DNA from: the human T2T-CHM13v2.0 reference genome, Homo sapiens
Reading direction: 5' to 3' (one strand)
DNA length: 64,000 nt
Assembly: GCF_009914755.1 (NCBI RefSeq)
Contig: NC_060935.1
Shown here: piece by piece, positions 30,756 through 46,201 of the stretch
How the letters are laid out: every line of letters begins with the position of its first letter
How positions within the stretch are numbered: the stretch's first letter is position 1
Position numbers and translations under genes: made by a program
Notes under the pieces: generated by a model
What the model was told of the DNA's origin: nothing
What the model saw: only the letters and a program-made list of their open reading frames with translations
Databases searched by the model: none

Positions 30756-31719
30756 AAAAGATAATTACAAAGAAAACTACCACTTGGAAAGCAAAGAATG
30801 AGAAACATGAAAAGTCATCAAATCTTGGGGCGCATGAATTGCGAAGGCTCCATACCCTGGCAGCAAAGCAGGTTCTCTGCTTAGCACACCTGGCCACCCT
30901 TAATCCTGTTTTCTGGAAGTAAATCCATTGTCCATTGTTACTTTTGTCCTTCTGAGTTTTCTTCCTCTTTCCACAATTCTCTGTATATGTGTCAATGGGA
31001 AAATATGCCTTACAGGGCTGCACACTCTTCACAGTCTAATTCCTGCTAGTGCAGTTTTGGGGGGCCCAAGTGTGGCTTCAGGCATTGAATAATCTCATGC
31101 TTCTAAGTGTCAGGAATTTGATTTTTGTGGTAATATAATGCTTCACAAACTAACTAGCATTTGATCTCTGTGTTTGTAATTAGTTCCATGTAAGATAAAC
31201 ATCCAATGATCTCTTAATATTTTGGTTTTTACATCTGTCAGATCTCTTTTAGTTAACACCTTTTGTGCTCAGCTCATAACTCTCGCTCAGCTAATGATAG
31301 CTATATTGAGGCTATTTGCATAAATATTGTGGGGTGTGAAGGCATCATTCTTGATCTGATCTTTGCCATTAAATTATCTTCCATTCCGGTTGGTGAGAAC
31401 AGTTAATGGGGTATTCTTGAAAATGCCTCTGAGTATCAGTCTCATTGCCTGTTGTTTGGGGTTACAGAATTTGTTGGCTTTTCCAATACTGTCGGACCCC
31501 AATCCTAGTCTCAGTAGATTAGATTTCACCATATTTTTAAGGTTCTCATGAGAAAGTTTCACCTATCATGTCTACTCACAACCTACTGTCCTCAACTAAC
31601 CCATTTGGTCACACCTTGCTGCAAGTTAGCAATGACTCCAGCTGAAATGGATAGTGTTCTATTATTAAAAAGTTGGAAAAATACATATTGCATATTGTTA
31701 GCAGTCTTTGCCACACATA

Positions 31720-33059
31720 TAGACTGCAAATAAAGACAACATTCTTATCTCTTTCAGATACAATTACTTGTCTATAATTTACTGAGAAATTATTAGAAAT
31801 ATTGATAGGATTTATCTAAATGACTAGCTACAGAACAATAATAGAAATCATTTGTATTTCTATATATTATCAATGAAATGGCAAAATACAGGTATAGATC
31901 TAACCAAATATATATAACTTAGGTATAGATCTAACCAAATATATATAAGAACTTTGTGGAGAAGATTATAAAACTTGATTGAAAGATATTAATGTTCAAT
32001 GTTCATGGAAAGAAATGCTCAATACTATAAAGATAGCAATTTTCCCCAGATAGATTTATAATGCAATTCTAATACAATTTCAACAGCATTTTGAGTAGAA
32101 AATGACCCATTGATTTTGTAATTTATATGGAAACTAAAAGGGTCAAGAATAGTCAAAATACTAAAGGAGAAGAACAAGGTGGAAGGACTTGCTCTACTAG
32201 ATATCAAGTTTTACGCTAAAGTTGTAATGAATAAAACTATGTGGTATTGGGGTTGGGATAGACAAATTGCCCAATGAAACAAGACAGAGAGCCCAAAACA
32301 CACTGATGAATACATATGACCTGAAAGGCTTTCAGGGCTACTGGAGAAAAGGAGAGACTATTCAATAATAGTTCTGGGACAACTGATTTTCCGTTAAAAA
32401 AGTGACATTATATCCCTGCTGTACAAAGAGCAAAAAAATCAATTCTAAATGGATTAAGAACGTAAATGTGAAAGCAAAACTTTAAAACTGTTAGAAGGAA
32501 ATGTGAGAGAATATATTTCAAACCTCAGGGTAGACAATTATCTCTCAAAAAAGGCAAAAATCACTAACCAAGATAGAAGGATTAACAGTTTGTTCTCAGT
32601 AGAGCTTATAATTTCTATGCATCGTAAGTCACCATGAAGAAAAAAGAAAGACAGGCTACATGCCAGCAGAAGTTATTTGCAACACACATAATTGAAAACA
32701 CATTTATATCTATAAACATAACAATTAGCCAATAAGAAAAAAACTCAAATGACCCATTTTGAAAACTGATGAAATAAATGAATAGGATTCCACAGAATAA
32801 AAATATGAAGAGTGAATAAGCATTTAAAATTATTTCCAAGCTCATTAGTAAATCAGGGAAATAATTAGTAAATCAAGAATAAAAAAATGCATCCCTTAAA
32901 TGGATAAGATGTTTGACAAGGCTTTTAGAGAAGACGTGAATGAAGTAAATCAAGAATAAAAAAATGCATCCCTTAAATAGACAAGATGTTTGACAAGGCT
33001 TTTAGAGAAGACGTGAATGAATAGGAGCTCTCACACATGCAGGTGGGTATGTGAATCTT
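31720..33059 (+). mobile_element. Ancient L1M ORF2 3' region (resumes 35588-35830)
   Basis: ttttgtaatttatatggaaactaaaagggtcaagaatagtcaaa...ggaaggacttgctctactagatatcaag is L1 ORF2-like. Confidence 0.75.
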
Positions 33060-35600
<2,541 letters not shown>

Positions 35601-35849
35601 TTAAAACACTTCAGAAAATAATTTGGCATTGCAAAATTCAAAGTTTATGTAACTGATTTTCCACCAATCCCACTCCTAGTTATATATCCTACAAAAACTC
35701 TTTCTCTGTACACTAGGGGACATATAAGATTGTTCAGAGCGGTATTTTTCCTAATATCAGAAAAAACTGGAAACACATCAAACACTCATTCACAGAACTA
35801 CACCTACATACAACAACTTGGATAAATCTGTGATGAAACAAACATTTAG

Positions 35850-36550
35850 AACAGTGCGTCTTGCGTCTCAAACTTTAGTATACGGGCATCCTGTTAAAAT
35901 AAAGATTTTCAATTAAGGGATCTGAGCTGATGCCTCAGATTCTGCATTCCTAGCAAGCTTTCAGGTGATCTGAAAAGGAGATCTCCCGATATGACCCTCT
36001 GCTGCTGGGTGACGGATCACATTTTGAGTAGCAAGTCCAAAGGTTACACCTGGTAGTGGTAGATACCGTGTTGATAGATCTCAACAACAATTTACTCCAC
36101 AGAGGGTGTTATTTAGGTGTACAGTAAATACATATGGCATAACCTAACAAAAAGGACAATCAGAAAATCAGGATAGGCATTACTATTCAGGGGATTGGGA
36201 CTGGGAGAGAGTGCATTCTATTAGATTGATACAAATTATTGGTAGTGTTATTGTTCTTAAATTGTATGGTGGATCATGAATTTTCTTTTATTAAGTGAAT
36301 TGGCCCTGCAATTCTCTACCTCATCCTTTGACAGTGATTCATAATCTATACCAAAACAGGATGAGGTTAGTAGGCATTTTCAATTCTAACTGTGCACCAT
36401 AATCACCTAAGAAAGTTTTAAAAAACACCAGTGCCTACGTCTAATCTGCAGATATTCTGATTTAATTTCTCTGAGTTGACACCTGAATATTGGTGCTCAC
36501 TAGAAGATCACCATGCAGTGGTCATGTGCAATGAGGTTTGAGAACCACTA
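35850..36550. mobile_element. Two MER5-type hAT fragments (~35850-36040 and ~36370-36550)
   Basis: tctgcattcctagcaagctttcaggtgat...cacattttgagtagc; aggtttgagaaccact terminus. Confidence 0.55.
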
Positions 36551-37279
36551 TGACATAGCACCTCTTGCATCCCTCTTAATGCCAGTAGTCTGTGATTGAA
36601 TACACAATGTTTTTTTTCTTATTAACTGGACTCCTTAAAAAGAGTTTCCTGGTTCAGCTTAAAATCATGTCCTTTAGTAATTAAGATAGGGGTTTTCAAA
36701 CTATAATCTTCATGACCATAGAGACTACATCGCATAGCTCACTTTTCCCTGGTATCTTGTACATTGCACAGCAGGGTTGTCACTTAATGTACATGTGAAA
36801 GTATCCACGAATGTTGGTTGACTGAGCACTGTCTCATTGAGTATTAACCAAATGTCTCCTCCAGGCCAATTTCCCTCTCTCCTCTGGGCTCCCATAGCAG
36901 CTTACATTGACTCCATTAAGCCACTGCTACTTTTCATTGCAATCGTTTATTTGCAGGTCTGTCCTCTGCAATGCTGTGAGCTCCTCAAAGCCAGGGTCAG
37001 GTTGTATTACTCCTAGACTCCCAGAACTCAGCCCAGGGCCTCAATCACTATTTAGTAAAGCAGTAGGCAAAATGATTTTCAGAAACTTTTCTGCAGTGTG
37101 ATATGACCATTTGCTGCTTCAGCCCTGGTCATAATTTGATCCTTCTGGAGTCAGGACTTCCAGAGCATCAGGCTGCAGACAGGTTCTCTCATTCAAGCTC
37201 TACAGATATGCATAGGGGAAGAGATGGGCTTAAATTAGTTGTAAGCCCAACATACATCATATAATTTTTCTCTTTAAAT

Positions 37280-39235
37280 GGACTTTGTTTATTAGAAAAG
37301 TTTTAGTTTCACAGCAAAATTAAGCAGAAAATACAGAGTTCCACAATGTGCCCTGCTCCCCACATACACAGCTCCCCCCACTATTGACACCCTCCCACCA
37401 GAGTGATGCATTTGTTACAGTCAGTGAACCTATGTGGACACATCCTTATGACCCAAAGTCCATCTTTTTGGTTCGAGTTTACTGTTGATGTTGCACAGTC
37501 TAAGGGTTTTGACAGACCTATGATATCCTGTGTCTACCATTACAGCATCATACACAGTAGTTTCATGGCTCTAAAAATCCTCTGTGCTCCAACTATTCAT
37601 GCTTCTATCCTCTCAACCTTGGCAACCACTGTTCCCATAGTTTTGTCTTTTCCAGAATGTCATATACAGCAAGCCCTTGAATAATGTTTTTTACGTTCAA
37701 CATTGTTTCGTTATAATGCTGCGGAGAAGGAAAAAAAAGTGGTTTCCCTGCCTGGCCTGTGTCCATGTTGAGTTTGTACTTTTCCCCCATGTCTTCGCGG
37801 GTTTCCTCTGGGTCCTCTGATTTCCTTCCACATCCCAAAGCCGTGCATGTGAGGTGGATTTGTGTGTCTCCGTGGTCCCATAATGAGTGAGTGTGGGCGT
37901 GCGTGTGAGTCACCCTGCTGTGGGAGAGCATCCTGTCCAAGGCTGGCTTCCATCTGACTCTTTGAGCTGCTGGGACAGGCTCCAGCCACCCACTATCCTG
38001 ACTGAAATAACTGGATAAATAATTATCTTACTTGTTTTTACTAATCTTCCTTAAATGTGCATATAGGTCACATTTATTTCAGTGTTAAATTTTAGAAGTG
38101 TTTTGGTCTTTACCTAGAAGTTTGGTGATGTTTTTATAACCAGAAATAAGCCATAGGAATTTAACTCTTGTTTATATCAATTACCAATATAAAGTTGGTT
38201 TAATTGTACAGAATTTTGCTTAAAATTGCAATTTCCAAGAACCTATCGATGACACTAAGTGAGGACTTACTGTAGTTGGAATCACACAGTACGTAGCCTT
38301 TCCAGATTGAATTATTTCACCTGGTAATATGCATTTAAGGTTTCTTCATGTCTTTTCATGGCTTGATAGCTTATTTCTTCTCAATATTGAATAATATTCT
38401 ATTGTCTAGATATACTACAGTTTATTTATCCATTCACCTACTGAAGGACAACTCGGTTGCTTCCAACTTTTCGCAGTTATGAATAAGGCTTAAATAAACA
38501 TTTGTGTGCTGGGGTTTTTTCTTGTGGACATGCTTTCAGCCCCTTTGAGTAAATACAAAGAAGCATGATTGCTGAATTGTGCAGTAAGTATATGTCTAGT
38601 TTTGTAAGAAACTGCCAAACTCTTTCAAAGTGGCTGTACCATTTTGCATATTTACCAGCAATGGATGAAAGTTCCTGTTGCTTCACATCCTTGCCTGCAT
38701 TTGGTGTTTCAAGTGAGCTGTGTGAAAGTGCTCTGTATTTGCACCTCGGGCTCCCTGGAAGGTGAGAGGAGACCCACTGATGTAAATTCTCACATAGGTG
38801 GATGGGAGTCTTAGATGACAGATAGGCAAGAGGCTGTGGACGTGGGCACTGGTTTGTTTTTGTACTCCGGCTGAGCCCAGGCAACTCCTTAATGAGCTCC
38901 TCTCAGTAAGAGGGGAGCCTGGGGTGTGGTGTATTTTCTGGATTTTGGTTATTCTAACAGGTACATAGTCTCTCCCTGTGGCTTTAATTTGCATTTCCCT
39001 GATGACATGTGATATGAAGCATCTGTCCACGTGCTTACTGGCCATCTGCATATCTTCTTTGGTAAGGTGTTGGTTCAGGTTTCCATTTTTTAATTGGGTT
39101 GTTAGTTTCTCTTAATTGTTGACTTTTTAAGGGTTATTTTTGTATATTTTTGAATAATAGTCTTTTATTAAATTTGTTTTTTGCACATATTTTCTTTCAG
39201 TCTATGGCTTCCCTTCTCATTCTCTTGACATAGTT
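37280..39235 (-). mobile_element. L1MC/MD-like 3' fragment, interrupted by MER82 and a unique insert
   Basis: ttttagtttcacagcaaaattaagcagaaaatacagagttcc 3' end; ctgccaaactctttcaaagtggctgtaccattttgcat ORF2 C-terminal region. Confidence 0.8.
37667..38272. mobile_element. MER82-like TcMar-Tigger element
   Basis: TIRs cagcaagccctt / aagtgaggacttactg with TA duplications; ~606 bp; the L1 is contiguous across it (gtcata|ta|gttggaatc). Confidence 0.75.
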
Positions 39236-39738
39236 TTAAAAAGTCTTGGCTATAAATCTGAAATCTGATTATTTGCCTCTTCATGCCAAAAGGGAAGAAA
39301 AGAAAAAAAATCTAGTTAGTTGAGGATTTAGGTTACTATTGCTCTGATTGGTTGAGGCTTTCTCATCTCTGGCTTTGGCAGGCAGCGACATGCCCATTAT
39401 TTCCCCACCCCTTAAGTGTGGGTAGAGAAAAAGATGGTCATGCGCTCACACTCGCCCCATCTCTGTGCCAGGTCCCACCCTATCTGTCCTTATCCGGCCA
39501 AATCACCGATATCCAAACACCTGGGTGAGTAAGAGTGACAATGAGGCCCTCTGCTCTCTCCCAACATCCCCCAGGCTCTCTGAACAACTGATAACCACCA
39601 AAAGGTGATTTCTACGTGTACAACTACATAGAGACAGAGCTTGAATCACCAGAGACAAGAGGCACCGTATATTCCTCCTTGGCAGTCTCTTAGGTAATTA
39701 TTTGGTGGAACGGTGGAAACAATACTTCTTTGGAGTGG

Positions 39739-39812
39739 AGAGAGAGAGAGACAGAGACAGAGAGAGACAGACAGAGAGAGAGAAAGAGGGATTGAGAGAG
39801 AGAGAGAGAGAA
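39739..39812. repeat. (GA)n/(GACA)n purine-rich microsatellite
   Basis: Read directly. Confidence 0.9.
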
Positions 39813-40719
39813 AGATATTGCGAGAGCCTGTGAGTCTGTGAGCCAGTGAGTCATGTGAAAGTGCCTAGCATTTTCACTCGGGGCTCCCTCAAATGTGAGA
39901 GGAGAACCACTGAAGTAAATTCTTCCTGTAGGGGCACAGGAAACTTAGGTGGCAGACAGGTAAGAGGCTGTGGACCTTGGCTCTGTTTGGGTCTGTACAC
40001 TGACTGAGCCCAGGCAAACAGTTACGGGGAATTTTCCTTAATGAGCTGCCCGAGCTTGTAAGAGGGGAGCCCTGAGCCTTGAGGCATGTCTTCTGGGTTA
40101 CTTTGGGAAGTGGAAGAAATGAAAAGGCCACTTAATTGAGCAAAGAGAAAGGGCCTTGGGAGGACAGTTTCAAAGCATCAGGGAGGGAGGACTGAACATA
40201 GCTCTTGTGTGATTCCTGTCCGTTCTTCCTGCCCACTCCACTGGTTCTGCAAATAAACCTTGCCTTTTAAGTCTTTATTCTGAAGTCCAAGACTCTAGCT
40301 ATCTTGTTCTAGTAATCTTTCCACCTAGCTACATCTCCTTCTATTTCCCTGCATGCATCCTGTCCTGCAGAGACTTCCATTCTGTCTTCCTGACATGCAT
40401 GATGCCTTCCTTCCCTTTCTGCCTCTTTCTTCTGCATCGGCCTTTAGCCCTCTTGGTCCCGCTTGTTCCTCCCTAATTTTACCTGAAGGGAATTAAAGAA
40501 CACAAGCATACTAGAAAAAAAGATGATTCTTTTATTCCTTTGTAGTATTTGGAAAACAGCTTTAAACATGTATAGGTATACTAAAGCTGGAAGAGGTCTT
40601 GTGAATTTATTATTTCCTAACTTTAGGCAGAAACTCACTGAAACCATTGCCAGGAACACCCAGTTCTCAGAAAATATTCTTTAGAAATTTCAGTAATATG
40701 CAATTTTGAGGGAGGACTT

Positions 40720-40965
40720 TTAGTGTGGTGGTTAAGAGCACAAACTCTGGAGCAGGTTCTCAAGATTCAATTCCAGGGCCACGATTTGCAAACTGTGTGC
40801 CTTCAGACAGGCCAGCGAAACTTTCTGTGCTTCAGTTTCCTCATATGGGAACACTGACAGCGTTTACTTCCTAGGATTGTTATAAGGGCTAACCCAAGTT
40901 AATAGATGTAAAATATTTTATGTTTACCTGCATGATAGAGTTTGATACACAGTAAGTGCTGCATA
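40720..40965 (+). mobile_element. MIR
   Basis: tagtgtggtggttaagagc...tctgtgcttcagtttcctcat...taggattgtt. Confidence 0.8.
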
Positions 40966-43699
40966 ATATATACATGTTTGTTATTTTTAATGAGAAGCTC
41001 AACATTTGGGCTTTTACTGGGCAACATTTTTCAGGCCTTTGGGACTTTTGACATGTATAAATTCTCCCTTGGTAGGGAGGAAATGGGACAGGAAATGATG
41101 GGAGGAACCTTTGGTGAAGAAGGCAAAATACTACTGAACCTTGAGGTTTTGTGTTCAGCCCCAGGACAGACATTGAAGATGGAAGGCTCGGGCTGATGTC
41201 AACAGGTTTCCCAGGGGTCTCCATCCCCTCCAGCATTCATGCAAAGCCAATTCCAGCTACAGACTGCAGCTTGGGGTTGTCTTCTGCAGCTGTCTACAAC
41301 AGGGACTTGTCAGGGGTAAAATGAAAAATTTTATCATGATTTCTAATTTTTCTCGATGTCTCAGTCATTGAAAGTTTCACATTCAGGGCCATTTGGGTGT
41401 CATGAAAACATCAGGTTTAAAGAGGAAAGATGATGGATCGTGAATGTTTATGAGGAGATGGTAGCAATTATAATGATGGTAATGAAGAGTGAAGCGAGGA
41501 GATCGGCCTGTGGGGATGCTGCTCCTGAGTCTAGGCTGCTGGAGGAAAGTGCTCCAGTGGGCTTGGGCATTACCATTGTACCAAGATGGATGAAGCTTCT
41601 TTTCCAACAGCCCCTCCAGATTCATTATTTTTTTAGAAATATGCCTTGTGGAACCAGGTTTGCAAGTTTTACATTGAGTGAACAGCTATTTCTTATGTTA
41701 AGTTATTTTAGCTGAAGAATAGAGAATTGTTGAAATAAATGGCTAGAGAATTCGAATTGTATTCATTCTTGACATTGGAACTGACAAATAGCTTCATTCC
41801 CCACTGAAATGGAAAGCTTATTACTCTGAGATACAGGCGGGTTTGAGGGAGGGGGGCATCTGAGTTTTATTTTACTGTAACTCTTGTAGATGCTGTGATA
41901 CAATGAAATAAAATGCTTTTCTGAAATCCTTCTGGAATCCATCCCTGCCCCATTCTCCATATTTGACTGGGAATAAAACCAATTAAAACAGATTAATTTA
42001 TAGCCAGTATAAAATCCACTCTGACAGCTGGTTATTACGGCCTAAGCATGGAGTTCTCAGGTAGAGCAGGGCTGGTCGGTGGTGGAGGATGCATGAGAAC
42101 TGATCATCCTGATGGGTTGAGCTGAGGCACCTTCCAACTGAGCCCTGCCCACCAGGGACTGGGCATCTCCAAAGAGGAACCATCCATGCTGGGACGGACT
42201 CATGGGATCTGGAGGATGCTTTCACCAGAGCCCTGGAAACTGTTCATATGAAAATTGCAGATTTCTCCTTGACATCCTTGGTACTGGATGCCTCTCATCC
42301 CCCTGCCAGCATGATTCACTGCAAGGAGAGATGCATTGAGCGTGGCAGCCAATGAAGCTGTGAACATAGCAAGGCACATGGGAGCTGCAGGCTTGTGGGG
42401 TTGCTGGGCTGGACTCACCCGACCACTCCTGTTGCAAAGTCAGCCTGAACCTTCTGATGTTGTCTTCGGAGGAAGTGGGATGCAGCTGCTCGTCTTCTAT
42501 ACACCATCCCTTCCTGCTTGTATAGTCCTTGATCTTCCCACCATCTCACCTTGTCTTCTCTAACCTGTCAGAGGCCTGCGCATCTAACAGACTTCATGAA
42601 TGATAACTTGCCATCCCACGAAGTCTGTTGACTTCATACTGATGACTGATTTATAAAGTCCTGATGAAAGTGTCCGCTGAGCACTTGCATTGTCCATGTG
42701 GAAATCACGGGATTCTTCTTCATGTTTCTTTAATATCATTTGCCTTTCATTACCTGATTTCTGGCAGGAATCCTCAATATAGAATGTGTGGTGGTCAGCA
42801 CAGCCTTATGTGTGACAGTTGTAGGTATTTGGCCACTTTCAAATTATGCACTATGAGAGCTGGTCTTGAGGTTGAGGAAGAGAGAGAGAACTTGGGGCCC
42901 AAAATCTAAGTTGGAGCTGGAATTTGGCCCTGACCAGGCCAGCACAACATAGCTTAGGGATTCTGGAGCCCCCCTCTTCCAGAAGACTTGAGAGAAGTCT
43001 TTTGCAGGCTTGGGATTCCAAAAACAACACTATCAGAGGATTGTGGGTGTGCCCATTTTGCCTAACAAAAGCTGTTTCTTAGGTCAGCTCACCTTAGTCC
43101 CTTAATTGCTTTAGAAGTAGAAGCAGTGCTGGTTTCTTTCTGAAGCTCTAGAATCTTAAATGGAAGCAGGTAACCCCTCCTGTGATGACATTGCTGATAA
43201 AGTGAGCAATGGCAGCAGCTGGGTGCAAACTGGCCCCTCCCACCCATGCTCATGTTGATGCCCCTTGGTGTAATTTCCTTATTTACATCTGCCTTACTTG
43301 AAAGCTCATGCTTTTCTCCACTGTCTCTTATTAGAAGAAAATCAGGAATCCTATGGTCAAAGAAGGAACAGGTAGGAAAGAGAGAACTGCCCAGGTCTGG
43401 GGATCAAATAGATTTTTTTACAGTCATCTCTCTGTGCTAGATAGTCCTGAGATGTTGATCCAGAGTACCAAGATATAACTTTAGGGGTTCATGGAAGCTG
43501 CTGTCATGAGTGCCATTCCAAATGTAGGCATAAAAAGGATCTAGAAGAAAAGGAATTGAGTGTCCAAGGTAGGAGCAATTATGTCTCCTTCTAAGAGTGG
43601 TCTGACTGTCACTTTCCTTTAAGAACATGAACATTCTAGGCCTAGATGTTAAATGTCGATAATATGGTGACATTGATTTAATGAGTTGAATTTCTCAAG

Positions 43700-44067
43700 T
43701 GTCTTAGTCCATTTGGGCTACTATAAAAATACCATAAAATGAGTGGCTTATTGGCAACAAAGAACTTGAGAAATTTATTTCTCATAGTTCCGGAGGCTGG
43801 GAAGTCTAAGATCAAGGCACCAGCGAATTCGGTGTTGCCGTGGGCCTGCTTTCTGGTTCACAGGTGGCCCACTTCTCACTCCATCCTCACATGGCACACA
43901 GTGAAGGGGCTGTCTAGTACCTTTTTTTAAAGGGCACTAATCCCACTTATAAGGTCTTCACCTCCATGGCCTAATCATCTCCCAGAGTCCCCACCTCCAA
44001 AATCCCTCTGAGGGATAGGATTTCAACATAAAAATTTTGGGAAAACACAAACATTTAGAACATAGCA
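43700..44067 (-). mobile_element. MLT1A/MSTD-like MaLR solo LTR
   Basis: TGTCTTAGTCCATTTGGGCT...AACATAGCA; near-TSD TCAAG/CCAAG. Confidence 0.85.
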
Positions 44068-44999
44068 CCAAGTTATTCAGCTACTGTTGCTATTGCTAAT
44101 TATAGCAGTTACCAATTTTGAGCCCTTGCTAGGTGCCAGTAATTATACCAAGTACTTAATATTTCACTTTATTTAATTCTCACCAGTTAGTTTTCTGCCC
44201 TCTCACGTTCAGTGAGTGGACCAGGTCAATCCCATTCTCTTACAACATTGGTTATACTTGTCCTAGACCCAGTGATGACATGGCAGCCAGGGTTGTTGAC
44301 TGTCAGTTCCAGATTAAAAGTCAACAACAATCTAGGCCCCAGGACATTCAGAAGATGGAAAAGAAATTTAAGCTCTACCACTTAGCCAATAACACGGGAG
44401 ACAGAATCCAGCTTTTTTGCTAAAGTGGAAGCAGAGAGTTATGAGTTAGCCTCCATTCTCTGTTGGACCTTTCTGGCCTAAACTTACACTTTACTAGCTA
44501 TTTGCAATCTTCTCATTACCAGTGAGCTGTGAACACAGTGGGGCAGCTCCCATGGGAAATGAGGTGTGTACATTTCTAGGGCATGGTGGGTGAGTAGAGG
44601 GGACAAGATAAGATGAAGCATGAATACTTCAGCCTGATGGGCAAGGCCAAGCTTCACTCTAAGTGAAGGCTCCACTCCAATTTGATGGTTTTGCTTCTGT
44701 CCCTGGGATATGTCTTCTACAGAATTTTCTTCTATGTCTTTGTGCATTGTTACCCTGAATGGTCTTGGTCCTTCATATATAACTTCTGATTTCCACTCCT
44801 GGCCTTACAAATCATTCCTAATCTGTGAAGCCTTTCAACCCCAACTTAGACCTCCTTCCTCCTTCTGTCTTTTCCTTTCTTTTTTTCCTTCATGTTTTCT
44901 CTTCATTGGATTCATGTCTTTACCATGAACAATTTGGTCATCACATTGCTAGAAGCAGTTCAGCATACAGATTACATATGCAAGTGGTGGGCTTCCAAT

Positions 45000-45225
45000 C
45001 CCAGTTTACAAGCATCTGGGCTTAAATCCCAGCTTCTTCATTTAATGTCTAGATAACCGTGGAAAACCCCTTAACTTCTTTGTGCCTCAATTTCCTCACC
45101 TGCAAATAGGGTTGATGTTTAAGTACTTATGTCACATGGTTGATGTTAACAATAAGTTATTGTGAAGAAATAACTTAGATTTTGCTTGGCAGGTAGTAAG
45201 CTCTCAGTAAACATCAACTATCATA
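45000..45225 (+). mobile_element. MIR
   Basis: ctgggcttaaatcccagct...tgtgcctcaatttcctcacctgcaaatagg. Confidence 0.75.
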
Positions 45226-45919
45226 ATGATGCTATCAGTATCTTTTCATGTTCATACTGTAATTAAAAGAGGCTCAATTAGGTTACTGTAAGAAAAAGAG
45301 AATTGCATGGTGCAAGGGAACAGGCATTGAGAAGGCGTTGGGATGGGGAGGAAACTGGCTGCTCTCTTCAACCTGATCTCATGGGCTCCATGGGCTCCAT
45401 GGTCTCTCAGCCATTTTCTCAAAAGAGAAAAGAATCTGCTTTTCTCTTGGACTCACACTGCTATCAACTAAAGCTCTCCATATTCTCTAGTGTGAACTTT
45501 AGTGAAAGTCTGATCGGTTCTCTTAATTGCTGTCACTGCTTCTGGGTAGAGCTCTTTAATGCAGGCTGCCTCAGGATCACCTGAGATCAGGTGACATGCA
45601 TTATAGAGACTCACACATCTCGAAGACCTAAGGGAGTATGTGCAGTCTGTCGAACTGCAGTGATAAATGCAGTGTGTCAAAGGCTTAGGCACTAATTGAA
45701 GTGAGCTTCCACGGAAAATTCCATTAAAGTGTTTCTGACTTTCAGAGGTTATGAAGCAGTTTCCATTTCCCACGTGGGAATTGTCTCTCAACTTTGTCTG
45801 AACTAGCTAAATGCAGCCATGTTCACACCACGGTATTACACAGACTTGGTAACTTTGCTAACAACGGAGCAAGTCAACAGCCCATGGCAAAAGACTAAGG
45901 GGTCTTGAGAAAGAAGGAG

Positions 45920-46068
45920 GGAGGGAAAGGAGAAGGATTGAAAAGCTAGCTATTGGATATGGGTACTATGCTCACTACCTGGGTGACAGGATCAATCATA
46001 CCCTAAACCTCAGCCTCAAGCAATGTGTCCATGTAACAAATCCACACATGTTCCCCCTGAATCTAAAG
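45920..46068 (+). mobile_element. Short L1 (old L1PA/PB) 3'-end fragment
   Basis: gggtactatgctcactacctgggtgac...catgtaacaaatccacacatgttccccctgaatctaaa. Confidence 0.8.
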
Positions 46069-46070
46069 TG

Positions 46071-46201
46071 AGGTGGAAATAGGGACATAGTAAGTGGTGA
46101 ACAGGTGGAAATAGAGACGTAGTAAGTGGTTAACTTACTGCGTCTTTTGGGGGTTCCAAAAAGAACCTCAGATGGAAATAGAGATGTAGTAAGTGGTTAA
46201 C
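46071..46201. repeat. Three 32-bp direct repeats (46071-46102, 46103-46134, 46170-46201)
   Basis: AG(G/A)TGGAAATAG(G/A)GA(C/T)(A/G)TAGTAAGTGGT(G/T)AAC read directly. Confidence 0.92.

Noticed and set aside
30577-31032. 151-aa ORF with a hydrophobic stretch
   Set aside because: Non-ATG start, overlaps LTR-like sequence, and no splice or domain support
46071-46201. CRISPR-like repeat-spacer pattern
   Set aside because: Primate DNA, no cas genes, only one spacer, two units directly adjacent and degenerate; better explained by local duplication
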